From Dehalococcoidia bacterium (lineage in GTDB: Bacteria > Chloroflexota > Dehalococcoidia > Plut-88900), in assembly GCA_965207225.1 (NCBI GenBank), contig CBDBLV010000005.1, positions 64,001 through 128,000 of the forward strand: a stretch of 64,000 nucleotides of DNA, given 5' to 3'. Position numbers and translations under genes: made by a program. Numbering within the stretch: the first letter of the stretch is position 1; the number at the start of each line of letters is the position of its first letter. Below are positions 1 through 8,333 of this stretch, one piece after another. The notes beneath the pieces were generated by a model. It saw only the letters and a program-made list of their open reading frames with translations. It was not told the origin of the DNA and made no database searches.

Positions 1-613
1 TCTCGGCACGCAAGCGATAGAGCCATTGGAGCACCGGCGAGCCGTGCCCGCTCCCGGCCATCTCGACCTCCGGCCCAAACATCACGTAATGCACCCCTTC
101 CCGTGCCAGGTGTTCCCGCCAGTCGAAATCTTCGAACGCAGGAGGCTCGGTGAGGGCACCTGTGAGGATCAGTGAGTCGCCGTAGCGGAAGAAGGGCGGG
201 GCCCGACCCCCAATCATCGGGGCGGTAGGCTTGGCCATGACCAGGAGAAGGCCGCTGGACTCGCCCCACGTCTCACCGCTGCGGTAGCCGTGAATTGCAA
301 AGCGGAACCGGGTGAGGCCGCCCTGGGTCTCGGGGTACTCTTCGATAACACCGATTATCTCTACTGTTTCAAGTCGGGAGAGGGCTTCCAGGTGTTTGGG
401 AGGTCCTGAAACGGGAAAGGCAGCCCCCCGCCCTGCCCCTAACAGCAATGCGGCAAGTATGAACAGGTAGATTGCTTTGGGGTGCTTTCTTAGAAGAAGA
501 CCCCCGAGAACAGTGAGGCCCGCGGCAATGAAGAACGGCCACGGGAGCAGGTCCAGTTCAGACCCGGCAAATATACCGACAACCAGGGCCCCGCTGATGT
601 AGACGAGGGTCAT
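1..613 (-). CDS. comEC: ComEC/Rec2 competence protein, N-terminal part (runs off window start)
   Basis: Manual translation from ATG 613: MTLVYISGALVVGIFAG...LLLGAGRG...RYGDSLILTGALTEPPAFEDFDWREHLAREGV, i.e. TM helices then the OB-like region typical of ComEC; directly downstream of comEA. Not in ORF track. Confidence 0.85.
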   Translation of the reverse strand, partial: MTLVYISGALVVGIFAGSELDLLPWPFFIAAGLTVLGGLLLRKHPKAIYLFILAALLLGAGRGAAFPVSGPPKHLEALSRLETVEIIGVIEEYPETQGGLTRFRFAIHGYRSGETWGESSGLLLVMAKPTAPMIGGRAPPFFRYGDSLILTGALTEPPAFEDFDWREHLAREGVHYVMFGPEVEMAGSGHGSPVLQWLYRLRAE

Positions 614-642
614 TTACGCCCTGGTTCTCCACTTGGTAACCT

Positions 643-1260
643 TCAACGCACCGTTACCAGGTCCTGGAGCGATTCGAAGGTCTTCTCGCCTATCCCAGAG
701 ACTTCAACCAGGTCTTCGATTCGCGTGAATGGACCGTTTGAAAGCCTGTACTCTATGATCGACTCTGCCTTCGCCGGCCCGATGCCCGGCAACGTCTGAA
801 GCTCCTCGGAGGAAGCGGAGTTAAGGTTGATTAGCCCACTAGAGGTTGTTCCCGACTGCGAGCCAGCTGCAGGCAAGTCGGGAGTAGGGGGCAAAGGGAG
901 GACGTGGATATGATCGCCGTCAGAGAGGGTGAGGGCTCCGTTCACGCTGGATCGGTCCGCATCCTCCGTAAAACCGCCTGCCGCTTTAACCGCTTCATGG
1001 AGCCGTCTCTGACCCGCCTCAAGGGTATACAGGTCCGGGCTGACAACTTCACCCGTAACGTAAACGACGATTTCAGAGGGTGCGGTAGGCGACGGCAGAA
1101 CTATCTGCAGGGAGCCCGTGTCCCGGCACGCCATTGAGGCCGAGACAAGAACAAGGGAGGTGAGAATTAAGAAATGAAGCAGCCGGACTGCAGACAGTTG
1201 GATAAGCTCCAGTAGAAAGTGTACGGCATATAATATATGAATGTGCTCCCATAGCGTCAA
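643..1260 (-). CDS. comEA: ComEA DNA-uptake protein (SLBB + helix-hairpin-helix)
   Basis: VYVTGEV..P, AAGGFTEDAD, INLNSASSEELQTLPGIGPAKAESIIEYR, VSGIGEKT motifs; true start may be downstream of 1260. Confidence 0.92.
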   Translation of the reverse strand: MTLWEHIHILYAVHFLLELIQLSAVRLLHFLILTSLVLVSASMACRDTGSLQIVLPSPTAPSEIVVYVTGEVVSPDLYTLEAGQRRLHEAVKAAGGFTEDADRSSVNGALTLSDGDHIHVLPLPPTPDLPAAGSQSGTTSSGLINLNSASSEELQTLPGIGPAKAESIIEYRLSNGPFTRIEDLVEVSGIGEKTFESLQDLVTVR

Positions 1261-1358
1261 CTATAACCCTGTGGTAGCATAATCGCCCGGCAAATGGACC
1301 GGGCCTGCGGTAGATCTTCGCAGGCAATTCGTACACCCCCCACCCCGCCCTCCCCTTT

Positions 1359-1685
1359 CGTCATTCCTGCCTCCGCAGGCATCCATCCCTTTCCAATTCG
1401 TCATTCCCGACCCCGATCGGGAATCCATCCCCGGGCGTGGGGCCGCTCACCCTGAGACGACTCGAAGGGTCGAGCGGGGGGGGGGGAGACCTCCGACTAT
1501 CCTTCCGTTCGCCCTGAGCGACGAGTCGAAGGGTCGACCGAACGGAACGGGCAGGGCTCCCAGTCCTCTCTCCTCGACGGGAGAGTGCTAGAGCCTGCCC
1601 CGAGTCCCTCGAGAGAGTAAGGGTGACTCCCTTCCCCCGGACGGGCCGCTCACCCTAAGCGGCCTGTAGGACCGGGTTGAGCATC
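1359..1685. repeat. Cluster of REP-like palindromes (GTCATTCC..GGAATCC type and CCGYTCRCCCTGAG..CGAAGGG type)
   Basis: gtcattcctgcctccgcaggcatcc, gtcattcccgaccccgatcgggaatcc, ccgctcaccctgagacgactcgaagggtcgagcgg, ccgttcgccctgagcgacgagtcgaaggg; related copies near 9930, 40600-40870 and 43915. Confidence 0.75.
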
Positions 1686-1691
1686 CACTGA

Positions 1692-3218
1692 CTACTCTAT
1701 CGAGCCGTAATGACGGTCGAATATCCCTTGAATTTGCGGCCATTCGTCTTCCGAGACGTATGTCCGAAAGGCTTCCTCTAAAACACAGCCGTAATGTCCC
1801 ATGGATATCTGTTCCCGGCATGCGGCATCATGTGAAACAACACCATGATTTGCCAGATAGAGGCGTCGGAACCCCTGACGGAAGGTAGTCTCATCCATGT
1901 TCAGATAAAGATCGTGCAGAAGGAGCATTCCTTGTGAGTACTGACAGCTCGCGTAGTTCCATTCCCAGGAGGATGGCTTAGGCAAATCTTCGAATTCGGA
2001 AATAGTGTCAACCAGAGTGCATGCAACCCAATCTTCCCTTATCCAGTTTTCCTGCAATTCGTCGACAGTAAGATGCAACTTATCCTCAACGAGATAACCT
2101 AGAAAGTTGGCTGAGCTTTCATCAAGCCAGGGGACACCACCGAACCAGTAATGGTGGGCCGTTTCATGGGCGACGAGAGAGGTAAATTCACCTGCTGAGC
2201 CCTGAAGGCCACATTCCTTGCTCTCTCCCATGCTCAACTGTATAAACGTGGGGTGCCGTGCCCCACCGCCCACCGTTGTGTCCCAGAACAGGTAGACGAC
2301 AGGGTGGACTGGGAAGGGAACTGACATGAACTCCTCAATAATACGAACGGAACGCTCCATAATGTCCATTGTGAAGTCTCTTTTGCAAGAGTCCAGTGGT
2401 TGGGGCCGGATGATGCTTAGTTCTATTTCGCCCGCAAGAGGCGAGGTGATGGTCGTATCTTCCGTCGAGGTAACTCCTGGGTCTAGGAGGTCCCCTATGC
2501 TCGCATGGCGATATATCCGGCCCGTGCTGTCTGTGACTTCTGCAGCAGTGAGCGCAGCGGTGGAGAGAATCTTCGCTTCTCGCTCGCTTATTCCGTCTTC
2601 TATGGCCGGATGATATTTAATTCGGTTGAAGCCCTCTGGATGTTTCCAATCATAGGTTACTTTGGCCAGAGAGATTAGGGCCGGGTAATTCCTGCCTTCG
2701 TTAACCCATGGTTCCTCTTGTAGTCTTGCAGTGAACTCCGGTTCGATCTGAGTCAGACGTACGAGAGCTCGGCTGGCTTCTGCCTCCAAGGCTTGAAACG
2801 GATTAAAGTCGATTTTGGCAGGTGGCAAGGGAAACCTGGGCGTAGGGACTGGTGTGGCCGTTGGGACGGGTGTCGCTGTAGGAGTTGGTACGGGTGTCGC
2901 TGTTGGGACGGGCGTAGGCGCCGGTGTGGGAGTAGGCATTGGTGTGGGAACAGGCGTGGGCGCGGGGATAGGTGTTGGCACGGGTGTGGGTGCGGGGATC
3001 GGCGTAGGTGGGATAGCGGACACCGTTGCTTCCATCCCTCCTTCTATCGTGGCATCAATGTCCGGAGTTGCGCTCGGCGCGGCCGTCGGTAGTGCCTGTG
3101 CAACTGCGGTCTGGACGGCGGCGTCTATGTCCTGTGTAGGGGGTGGACTCTCTACACCGCGCGAGCACCCTACAAGCGCAACCACCAGAATCAATGCCGC
3201 TACGCTCATAAACCTCAT
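1692..3218 (-). CDS. Lipoprotein with Pro/Thr linker and gluzincin-like metallopeptidase domain
   Basis: Lipobox LVALVGC, (PT)n linker, HETAH...WLDE zinc motif; paralogous C-terminus to 25702..28242. Confidence 0.75.
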   Translation of the reverse strand: MRFMSVAALILVVALVGCSRGVESPPPTQDIDAAVQTAVAQALPTAAPSATPDIDATIEGGMEATVSAIPPTPIPAPTPVPTPIPAPTPVPTPMPTPTPAPTPVPTATPVPTPTATPVPTATPVPTPRFPLPPAKIDFNPFQALEAEASRALVRLTQIEPEFTARLQEEPWVNEGRNYPALISLAKVTYDWKHPEGFNRIKYHPAIEDGISEREAKILSTAALTAAEVTDSTGRIYRHASIGDLLDPGVTSTEDTTITSPLAGEIELSIIRPQPLDSCKRDFTMDIMERSVRIIEEFMSVPFPVHPVVYLFWDTTVGGGARHPTFIQLSMGESKECGLQGSAGEFTSLVAHETAHHYWFGGVPWLDESSANFLGYLVEDKLHLTVDELQENWIREDWVACTLVDTISEFEDLPKPSSWEWNYASCQYSQGMLLLHDLYLNMDETTFRQGFRRLYLANHGVVSHDAACREQISMGHYGCVLEEAFRTYVSEDEWPQIQGIFDRHYGSIE

Positions 3219-3340
3219 CGGCCTACCCTATCCCCACCCCCCACCCCGGTCAACCTTCCACTCCCCTTCCATCCCAACGCCCCGCGACGAATCTACAGTG
3301 TCCCTGCTTCACTCACCTTGGCCTTGCCACTCCCACTCCT

Positions 3341-3460
3341 CCCCCGTACTGAACTAGAGGCCCACGTGGGTGCGACGCACCCACGTGGGCCTCTGTTCTT
3401 CTCTCCCCCTCTCCCTTATAGGCCCTAAGGGAGAGGGGGACCAAGGGGGTGAGGGTTCCC
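3341..3460 (-). repeat. ~120-bp composite repeat with variable palindromic cassette, copy 1
   Basis: Same scaffold (GAACCCTCACCCCCTTGRTCCCCCTCTCCCT...GAACAGAGGC-var-GCCTCTAGTTCRGTAC) at 9758-9879 and 53755-53873. Confidence 0.85.
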
Positions 3461-3624
3461 TGCGAGGGTTGGGGGCATCCCTTCCCCTGTAGGGGTGCCC
3501 CTCGTGGGTACTCTGCCCGCCAACCACGCCAAGACTTGCATCCCTCCCCCCAACAAATCAAACCAATCCATCAATCCCACGAATCACAGTTCAGATATTC
3601 CCTTCAAAAGCCGCACATTTGCTC

Positions 3625-3653
3625 TTGACACACCTGTCCGACCGTACTATCAT
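3625..3653 (+). promoter_or_regulatory. sigma70-type promoter of structured element copy A
   Basis: TTGACA (3625-3630), 17 nt, TATCAT (3648-3653); conserved in copies B and C. Confidence 0.8.
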
Positions 3654-3659
3654 GTCCTC

Positions 3660-4248
3660 CGTCCGATCGAACACTAACTCACATCAGCAAAGGAGGAACC
3701 AAAAACCCAGGGAAGCCCCCGTGACCCGACACCGAGGACTCAACGCCCTAGCCCATCCCAAGACCTCTCCCCTCCCGTAGGGAGGCGACCGGCCAATCGC
3801 CCCCCCTCGTGAGACAGGCAGGTTGCGGCACAAGCGAAAAGCGCCATCTCCTCACCCAACGGGTCCCGTGACCCTTCCCCATCCATCCAGGCGATGGAAG
3901 GTCCACAACATTAAGCGGCACGCTCTTCACTTACGAGCCCTGCCGAAAAACCTCGGGCTATTACGCCCTTGGAAAAATCTCCCCCGTCGTTCCCCTCGGA
4001 GATTCCCGTTAACCCAGCGACGGTAGCGAGAAAACACCCACCCACCCCTCCGAGTGGGTCGGGAAAACTGAAAAACTGGTGGCAGAGACGCCCTCTGGCG
4101 AGAACCCCTCGCTTGTCTGCCATGTGACACAGGAATACGGGGCTGAACCAGGCTGGCCTCCCGCCCCCTGAAACTGAGTCCCGGACCTTCCATCGCCGAC
4201 CCCCTCCAAGACGGACAAACTGAAAACAGAAACCCCACAACTGAATAG
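3660..4248 (+). ncRNA. Candidate large structured ncRNA, copy A
   Basis: Conserved blocks shared with two other loci; 15-bp inverted repeat 3890-3904 / 4183-4197; no conserved ORF; ends approximate. Confidence 0.65.
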
Positions 4249-4287
4249 AGACCGGGGTGTCACCGACCTGCCGGACCGGTGCGCCGG

Positions 4288-4345
4288 TTTGTACACCCCC
4301 GACCCTCGGGGTAGATTTGTACACCCCCGACCCTCGGGGTAGAAT
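4288..4345 (+). promoter_or_regulatory. 28-bp tandem duplication forming twin moaA promoters
   Basis: tttgtacacccccgaccctcggggtaga x2 (4288-4315, 4316-4343); TTGTAC-17-TAGATT and TTGTAC-17-TAGAAT. Confidence 0.65.
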
Positions 4346-4381
4346 GGAAGTCGGGAGGGGTGGCCTGTCCATTTCCAGCGC

Positions 4382-5422
4382 ATGAGCAACGACGCTTCCA
4401 CAACACACCCCGACGCCATTCTCGACCTGTTCGGGAGACCGCTGAGGGACCTGCGTATATCCGTCACCGACAGGTGCAACTTCAGATGCACCTTCTGCAT
4501 GCCCGCGGAGATATTCGGAGAGCGCTACCGCTTCCTGCCCAAGGATGACATCCTCACCTTCGAAGAGATAAGCCGCTTGGCCCAACTCTTCGTCAATCTC
4601 GGCGTCCGCAAGATACGCCTCACCGGCGGGGAGCCTCTCCTCCGCGACCAGCTTGAAATCCTTGTGGAACAGCTGGCCTCCATCGAAGGGCTGGAAGACC
4701 TGGCCCTCACGACCAATGCGTATCTTCTCTCCAAAAAGGCTCAGACACTAAAGGATGCCGGCCTGAAACGGGTCACAGTGAGCCTGCACACGCTGGATGA
4801 CCAGGTATTCGGGTACATGAATGGTCGGGGCTTCGGGACGGGTCGGGTGCTGGAAGGGATCCGGGCTGCGGAGGAAGCGGGTCTGGCCCCTATCAAGATT
4901 AACGTGGTCGTACAGAAGGGGGTCAACGAGCACACAATCGTCGACCTCACCCGCCGGGTCAAAGACATGGGCCACATCCTCCGCTTCATCGAGTTCATGG
5001 ACGTCGGCAACCTGAACCAGTGGGAGTCCGACCAGGTAGTCACCTCGCAGGAGATAGTCGGGCTCATCGAACGGGAGATGCCCCTTGAACCCGTCGACAA
5101 GAGCTACCGCGGCGAAGTCGCCGACCGCTACCGCTACGCCGACGGCAAAGGCGAGATCGGGGTCATATCCTCGGTGAGCAACCCGTTCTGCGGGGACTGC
5201 ACCCGGGCCCGCATCTCCGCCGAGGGCAAGGTCTACACCTGCCTGTTCGCATCCAAAGGGAATGACCTGCGCGGACCGCTCCGAGCCGGTGCCAGCGACG
5301 CGGACTTGACCGATATTATCAAAGGAATCTGGGCCCGCAGAGCCGACCGTTACTCGGAGGAGCGGGCTTCGCTCTCCGGGAGCCGCGCCAAGAAGGTGGA
5401 GATGTATCACATCGGCGGGTAG
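4382..5422 (+). CDS. moaA: GTP 3',8-cyclase
   Basis: LRISVTDRCNFRCTFC radical SAM motif, CGDCTRAR..C second cluster, C-terminal IGG. Confidence 0.97.
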   Translation: MSNDASTTHPDAILDLFGRPLRDLRISVTDRCNFRCTFCMPAEIFGERYRFLPKDDILTFEEISRLAQLFVNLGVRKIRLTGGEPLLRDQLEILVEQLASIEGLEDLALTTNAYLLSKKAQTLKDAGLKRVTVSLHTLDDQVFGYMNGRGFGTGRVLEGIRAAEEAGLAPIKINVVVQKGVNEHTIVDLTRRVKDMGHILRFIEFMDVGNLNQWESDQVVTSQEIVGLIEREMPLEPVDKSYRGEVADRYRYADGKGEIGVISSVSNPFCGDCTRARISAEGKVYTCLFASKGNDLRGPLRAGASDADLTDIIKGIWARRADRYSEERASLSGSRAKKVEMYHIGG

Positions 5423-5460
5423 CGGCGCCGGTGCAAATGGGAAAAGGAGAATTACCGGCC

Positions 5461-5937
5461 ATGCCAAACTACTGGATGATCGTAAGCTCGGCGGAAAACT
5501 TCGAGATCTCCCGGGAGCTGGGGTTCGAACTGCAGGGGATCAAGAGCCGGCACCGGAAGAAGGCGGAGAGGATGGAGCCCGGGGATCGGGTGCTCTACTA
5601 CCTGACCGGTGTTCAGCAGTTCGGGGGAACGGCGACCATAACCTCGCCCTATTACGAAGACCGCGCCCCGATCTGGAACAGCAAGAAGAAGGGCGAGGAG
5701 TACCCCTTCCGGTTCGGCATCAAGCCCGACCTGATCCTGGAGCCCGGTACATACGTGGACGCCAAGTCCATAGTCCCGCACCTGGAATACGTGAAGAGGT
5801 GGCCGCCCCAGCACTGGCACCTGGCCTTCCAGGGCAACGTACACCTGTTTTCGGAAGAGGACTTCTCCTTCATAGAGGGTGAGATAAGCAAGCGAATGCC
5901 GGAGCGCGAGGCGTCGGGGTCGGCGGCTGCCGGGTAG
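5461..5937 (+). CDS. EVE-domain protein
   Basis: NYWMIV...MEPGDRVLYY pattern of EVE/PUA-like domains. Confidence 0.8.
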   Translation: MPNYWMIVSSAENFEISRELGFELQGIKSRHRKKAERMEPGDRVLYYLTGVQQFGGTATITSPYYEDRAPIWNSKKKGEEYPFRFGIKPDLILEPGTYVDAKSIVPHLEYVKRWPPQHWHLAFQGNVHLFSEEDFSFIEGEISKRMPEREASGSAAAG

Positions 5938-5940
5938 AAA

Positions 5941-6633
5941 ATGCCTGACACCGGGCCCATAGACCTACCTCTTTTTCCCCTCAACGTTGTCCTATATCCG
6001 GGCATGGCCCTGCCTCTTCGCATATTCGAAGAGCGTTACAAGCTGATGATGCAGAAATGCATGGAGGGAGACAGGACATTCGGGGTGGTACTGATAAGGG
6101 AAGGGAAAGAGGTGGGCGGATCGGCGATTCCCTTCGAAGTGGGAACAGTGGCGAAGATTACGGATGTCGTGCCCCAGGGCCAGGGAAGGATGCACCTGAG
6201 CGCGATAGGACAAGACGTATTCCGCATAGTCGACGTCCAGCAGATAACCCCGTATATGGTGGGCCGCGTGGCGTTGCTGGAAAAGACCGAAGAACCTACT
6301 CCGAACGAATTGACAAACCGGGTCGTGCGCCACTTCCGGACCTACATGTCGCTATTGACGTCGTTGCGGGGTGGCGGGGACGGGGCGGTTGAGCTGGACC
6401 GGGACCCGGAAAGGCTTTCCTACACGGTGGCGGCAGAGCTGATGGCCGGGCCCCGGGAGAAGCAAGGCTTGCTGGAAGCGCCCTCGGCGAGGGCGCGTCT
6501 GGAAGAAGAGCTGAAGCTGCTCCAATCGACGAACCTGAGCCTGGAACTGTTCCTTGCAGAGAAGAGGAAGAAGGAGGCCCAGGGAGGCAAGAAGGACGAC
6601 TCCTCTGACAGGCCTCGGTTTTCTCTCAACTGA
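5941..6633 (+). CDS. Lon N-terminal substrate-binding domain protein
   Basis: LPLFPLNVVLYPGMALPLRIFEERY motif; no AAA+ domain. Confidence 0.88.
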   Translation: MPDTGPIDLPLFPLNVVLYPGMALPLRIFEERYKLMMQKCMEGDRTFGVVLIREGKEVGGSAIPFEVGTVAKITDVVPQGQGRMHLSAIGQDVFRIVDVQQITPYMVGRVALLEKTEEPTPNELTNRVVRHFRTYMSLLTSLRGGGDGAVELDRDPERLSYTVAAELMAGPREKQGLLEAPSARARLEEELKLLQSTNLSLELFLAEKRKKEAQGGKKDDSSDRPRFSLN

Positions 6634-6691
6634 CACCATTTACAACGGGCTTTGAAGCCCTCCCCTTGATTCTTTTAGGTCAACAGGCAGC

Positions 6692-7837
6692 CTAGTCGGA
6701 GGCGAGGACGAGGGTGCCGGTGGAGGAGAGGGTGCCTCCCGTGCCGTTGACGAGGCAGGTCTTGGCATCCTTCACCTGCCGATCGCCGCACTCGCCCCTG
6801 AGCTGCCGGGCGGCCTCCAGTAGGAGGAACATCCCGTACATGCCGGTGTGACAGTAGGAGAGGCCGCCGCCGTTGGTGTTCATCGGGAAGTCCCCGCCGG
6901 GCGCAGTCCGCTGGTTGGCAACGAACTCGGGGCCTTCGCCACGGCCGCAGAAGCCGAGGGACTCCAGGGTGATGAGGACGGTGTAGGTGAAGGAGTCATA
7001 GATCATGGCCAGGTCTATGTCGTCGTGGGTGAGGCCTGCCATTTCGAGGGCCCGGGGTCCAGTCTCGCGGGCAATGGTGGAGCAGAGGTCGGCCTGCTGG
7101 CCGATGCCGTCACCATGATCGTGGCCTTCGGCGGAGCCGAGGATCCAGACGGGCTTCTTCTTGGTGTTACGGGCCACGGCGGCTGAGGTGACGACGGTGG
7201 CCCCGCCGCCGTCGGTCACGAGACAGCAGTCGAAGAGGTGGAAGGGCCAGGAGATCCATCGGGACTCGTGGTAATCCTGGATGGTCATGTCGTCCTGCAT
7301 GAAGGCCTTGGGGTTCAGCTGCGCCCATTTGCGGGTGGCGACAGCTATTTCGGCCAGGGCGTCCCGGGTGCGCTCCTCGCCGAATTCGTGCATATATCGG
7401 CTACAGGCCAAGGCGTAACCGTGAGGGGCTATGACCAGGCCGTAGGGGTCCTCGTACTGGGCGCCGGGCATGTTGGGGTCGTCCCCTGCATAGGCCCGAG
7501 AGCTGCGCCCCGCCTCGCCGTGAACGATCAGGGCAACGTCGATGAGTCCGGCACTGATGGCGGCCAGGGCGTGCTCGACGTAGATGACGAAGGAAGAGCC
7601 ACCGACGTTGGTGCCGTCGGTGTACTTGGGCGTAATGCCCATGTACTCGGCCATGTTATAGGGAGACGGACCTGCCACGAACAGCCCGTCAACGTCAGAG
7701 AGGGAGAGGCCGGCGTCATCAAGAGCGTTAAATGCGGCCTCCGAGCCTAGCTGGAGGCGGGATTTGTTGGGGACGCGGCCTATTTCGTCGGACTCGTCAA
7801 CGCCGACAATTGCAGCCTTTCGCGAAAGGTCAGCCAT
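6692..7837 (-). CDS. Thiolase-fold protein (SCP2/Ltp2-like), paralog 1
   Basis: DCCLVTDGG, YDSFT, NTNGGGLSYCH motifs; GGSS in place of the acylated Cys. Confidence 0.88.
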   Translation of the reverse strand: MADLSRKAAIVGVDESDEIGRVPNKSRLQLGSEAAFNALDDAGLSLSDVDGLFVAGPSPYNMAEYMGITPKYTDGTNVGGSSFVIYVEHALAAISAGLIDVALIVHGEAGRSSRAYAGDDPNMPGAQYEDPYGLVIAPHGYALACSRYMHEFGEERTRDALAEIAVATRKWAQLNPKAFMQDDMTIQDYHESRWISWPFHLFDCCLVTDGGGATVVTSAAVARNTKKKPVWILGSAEGHDHGDGIGQQADLCSTIARETGPRALEMAGLTHDDIDLAMIYDSFTYTVLITLESLGFCGRGEGPEFVANQRTAPGGDFPMNTNGGGLSYCHTGMYGMFLLLEAARQLRGECGDRQVKDAKTCLVNGTGGTLSSTGTLVLASD

Positions 7838-7881
7838 GAGGGACCTCCTTGTTAGAGCTACCCGGGGCCCGGGAGTATGGG

Positions 7882-8292
7882 CTAGGCGGGTTTGAATTTG
7901 GGAAGGGAGATCTCGTCGGTTATGTCTTCGAAGACCACCTCAACGGGCATGCCGATGGAGAGGTTGTCGGGTGAGGGGTCGTCGATGACGATGTTGGTGG
8001 GCATCCTGGCGCCTTCCTCCAGTTCCACCACGGCCGCCACGTAGGGGCAGTGCTCACGGAAGGGAGGCGGGGAGCGGTGGACTATGGTGAAGGCGTAGAT
8101 CGTGCCCTTGCCGCTGCTCTGGACCCAGGAAACATCCTTGCATTGGTAGCCGGGGCAGAAGTCCCTGGGATAGAAGAAGACCGTGTCGCATTCGTTGCAC
8201 TTGCGCAGCCACAACTCGTGGGCCTTGGCTTTCTCCCAGTAGTAGTCTGACTCGGGCTGGGGGACGGGAACGGGTCGGTCGTAATCTGCCAT
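7882..8292 (-). CDS. DUF35 Zn-ribbon/OB-fold protein
   Basis: CNEC...YPRDFCPGYQC, SSGKGTIYAFT, VELEEG, IGMPVEVVFE; SD GAGGTG before ATG 8292. Confidence 0.88.
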   Translation of the reverse strand: MADYDRPVPVPQPESDYYWEKAKAHELWLRKCNECDTVFFYPRDFCPGYQCKDVSWVQSSGKGTIYAFTIVHRSPPPFREHCPYVAAVVELEEGARMPTNIVIDDPSPDNLSIGMPVEVVFEDITDEISLPKFKPA

Positions 8293-8333
8293 ATCAATCA
8301 CCTCTTTCGAAATAGCGTGATTCGTTTCTCTCT

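Noticed and set aside
1359-1685. CRISPR array
   Set aside because: Units are heterogeneous palindromes without regular spacers, and no cas genes are present.
2815-3357. Gly/Val-repeat ORF on + strand
   Set aside because: Antisense shadow of the PT linker of the lipoprotein.
3667-3682. LexA box (GAAC-N4-GTTC) after the element promoter
   Set aside because: Only the CGAACA half-site is conserved; the right half is ACTC or ATCT.
4082-4197. Group I intron R/S elements (GCAGAGAC.., GAGTCC) or group II intron domain V
   Set aside because: P7 GACUA/UAGUC pairing, P/Q elements, a GUGCG start and an interrupted host gene are all absent.
3660-4381. Moco riboswitch upstream of moaA
   Set aside because: No recognisable Moco motif; the same element precedes unrelated genes (thiolase, recA), and moaA has its own promoter.
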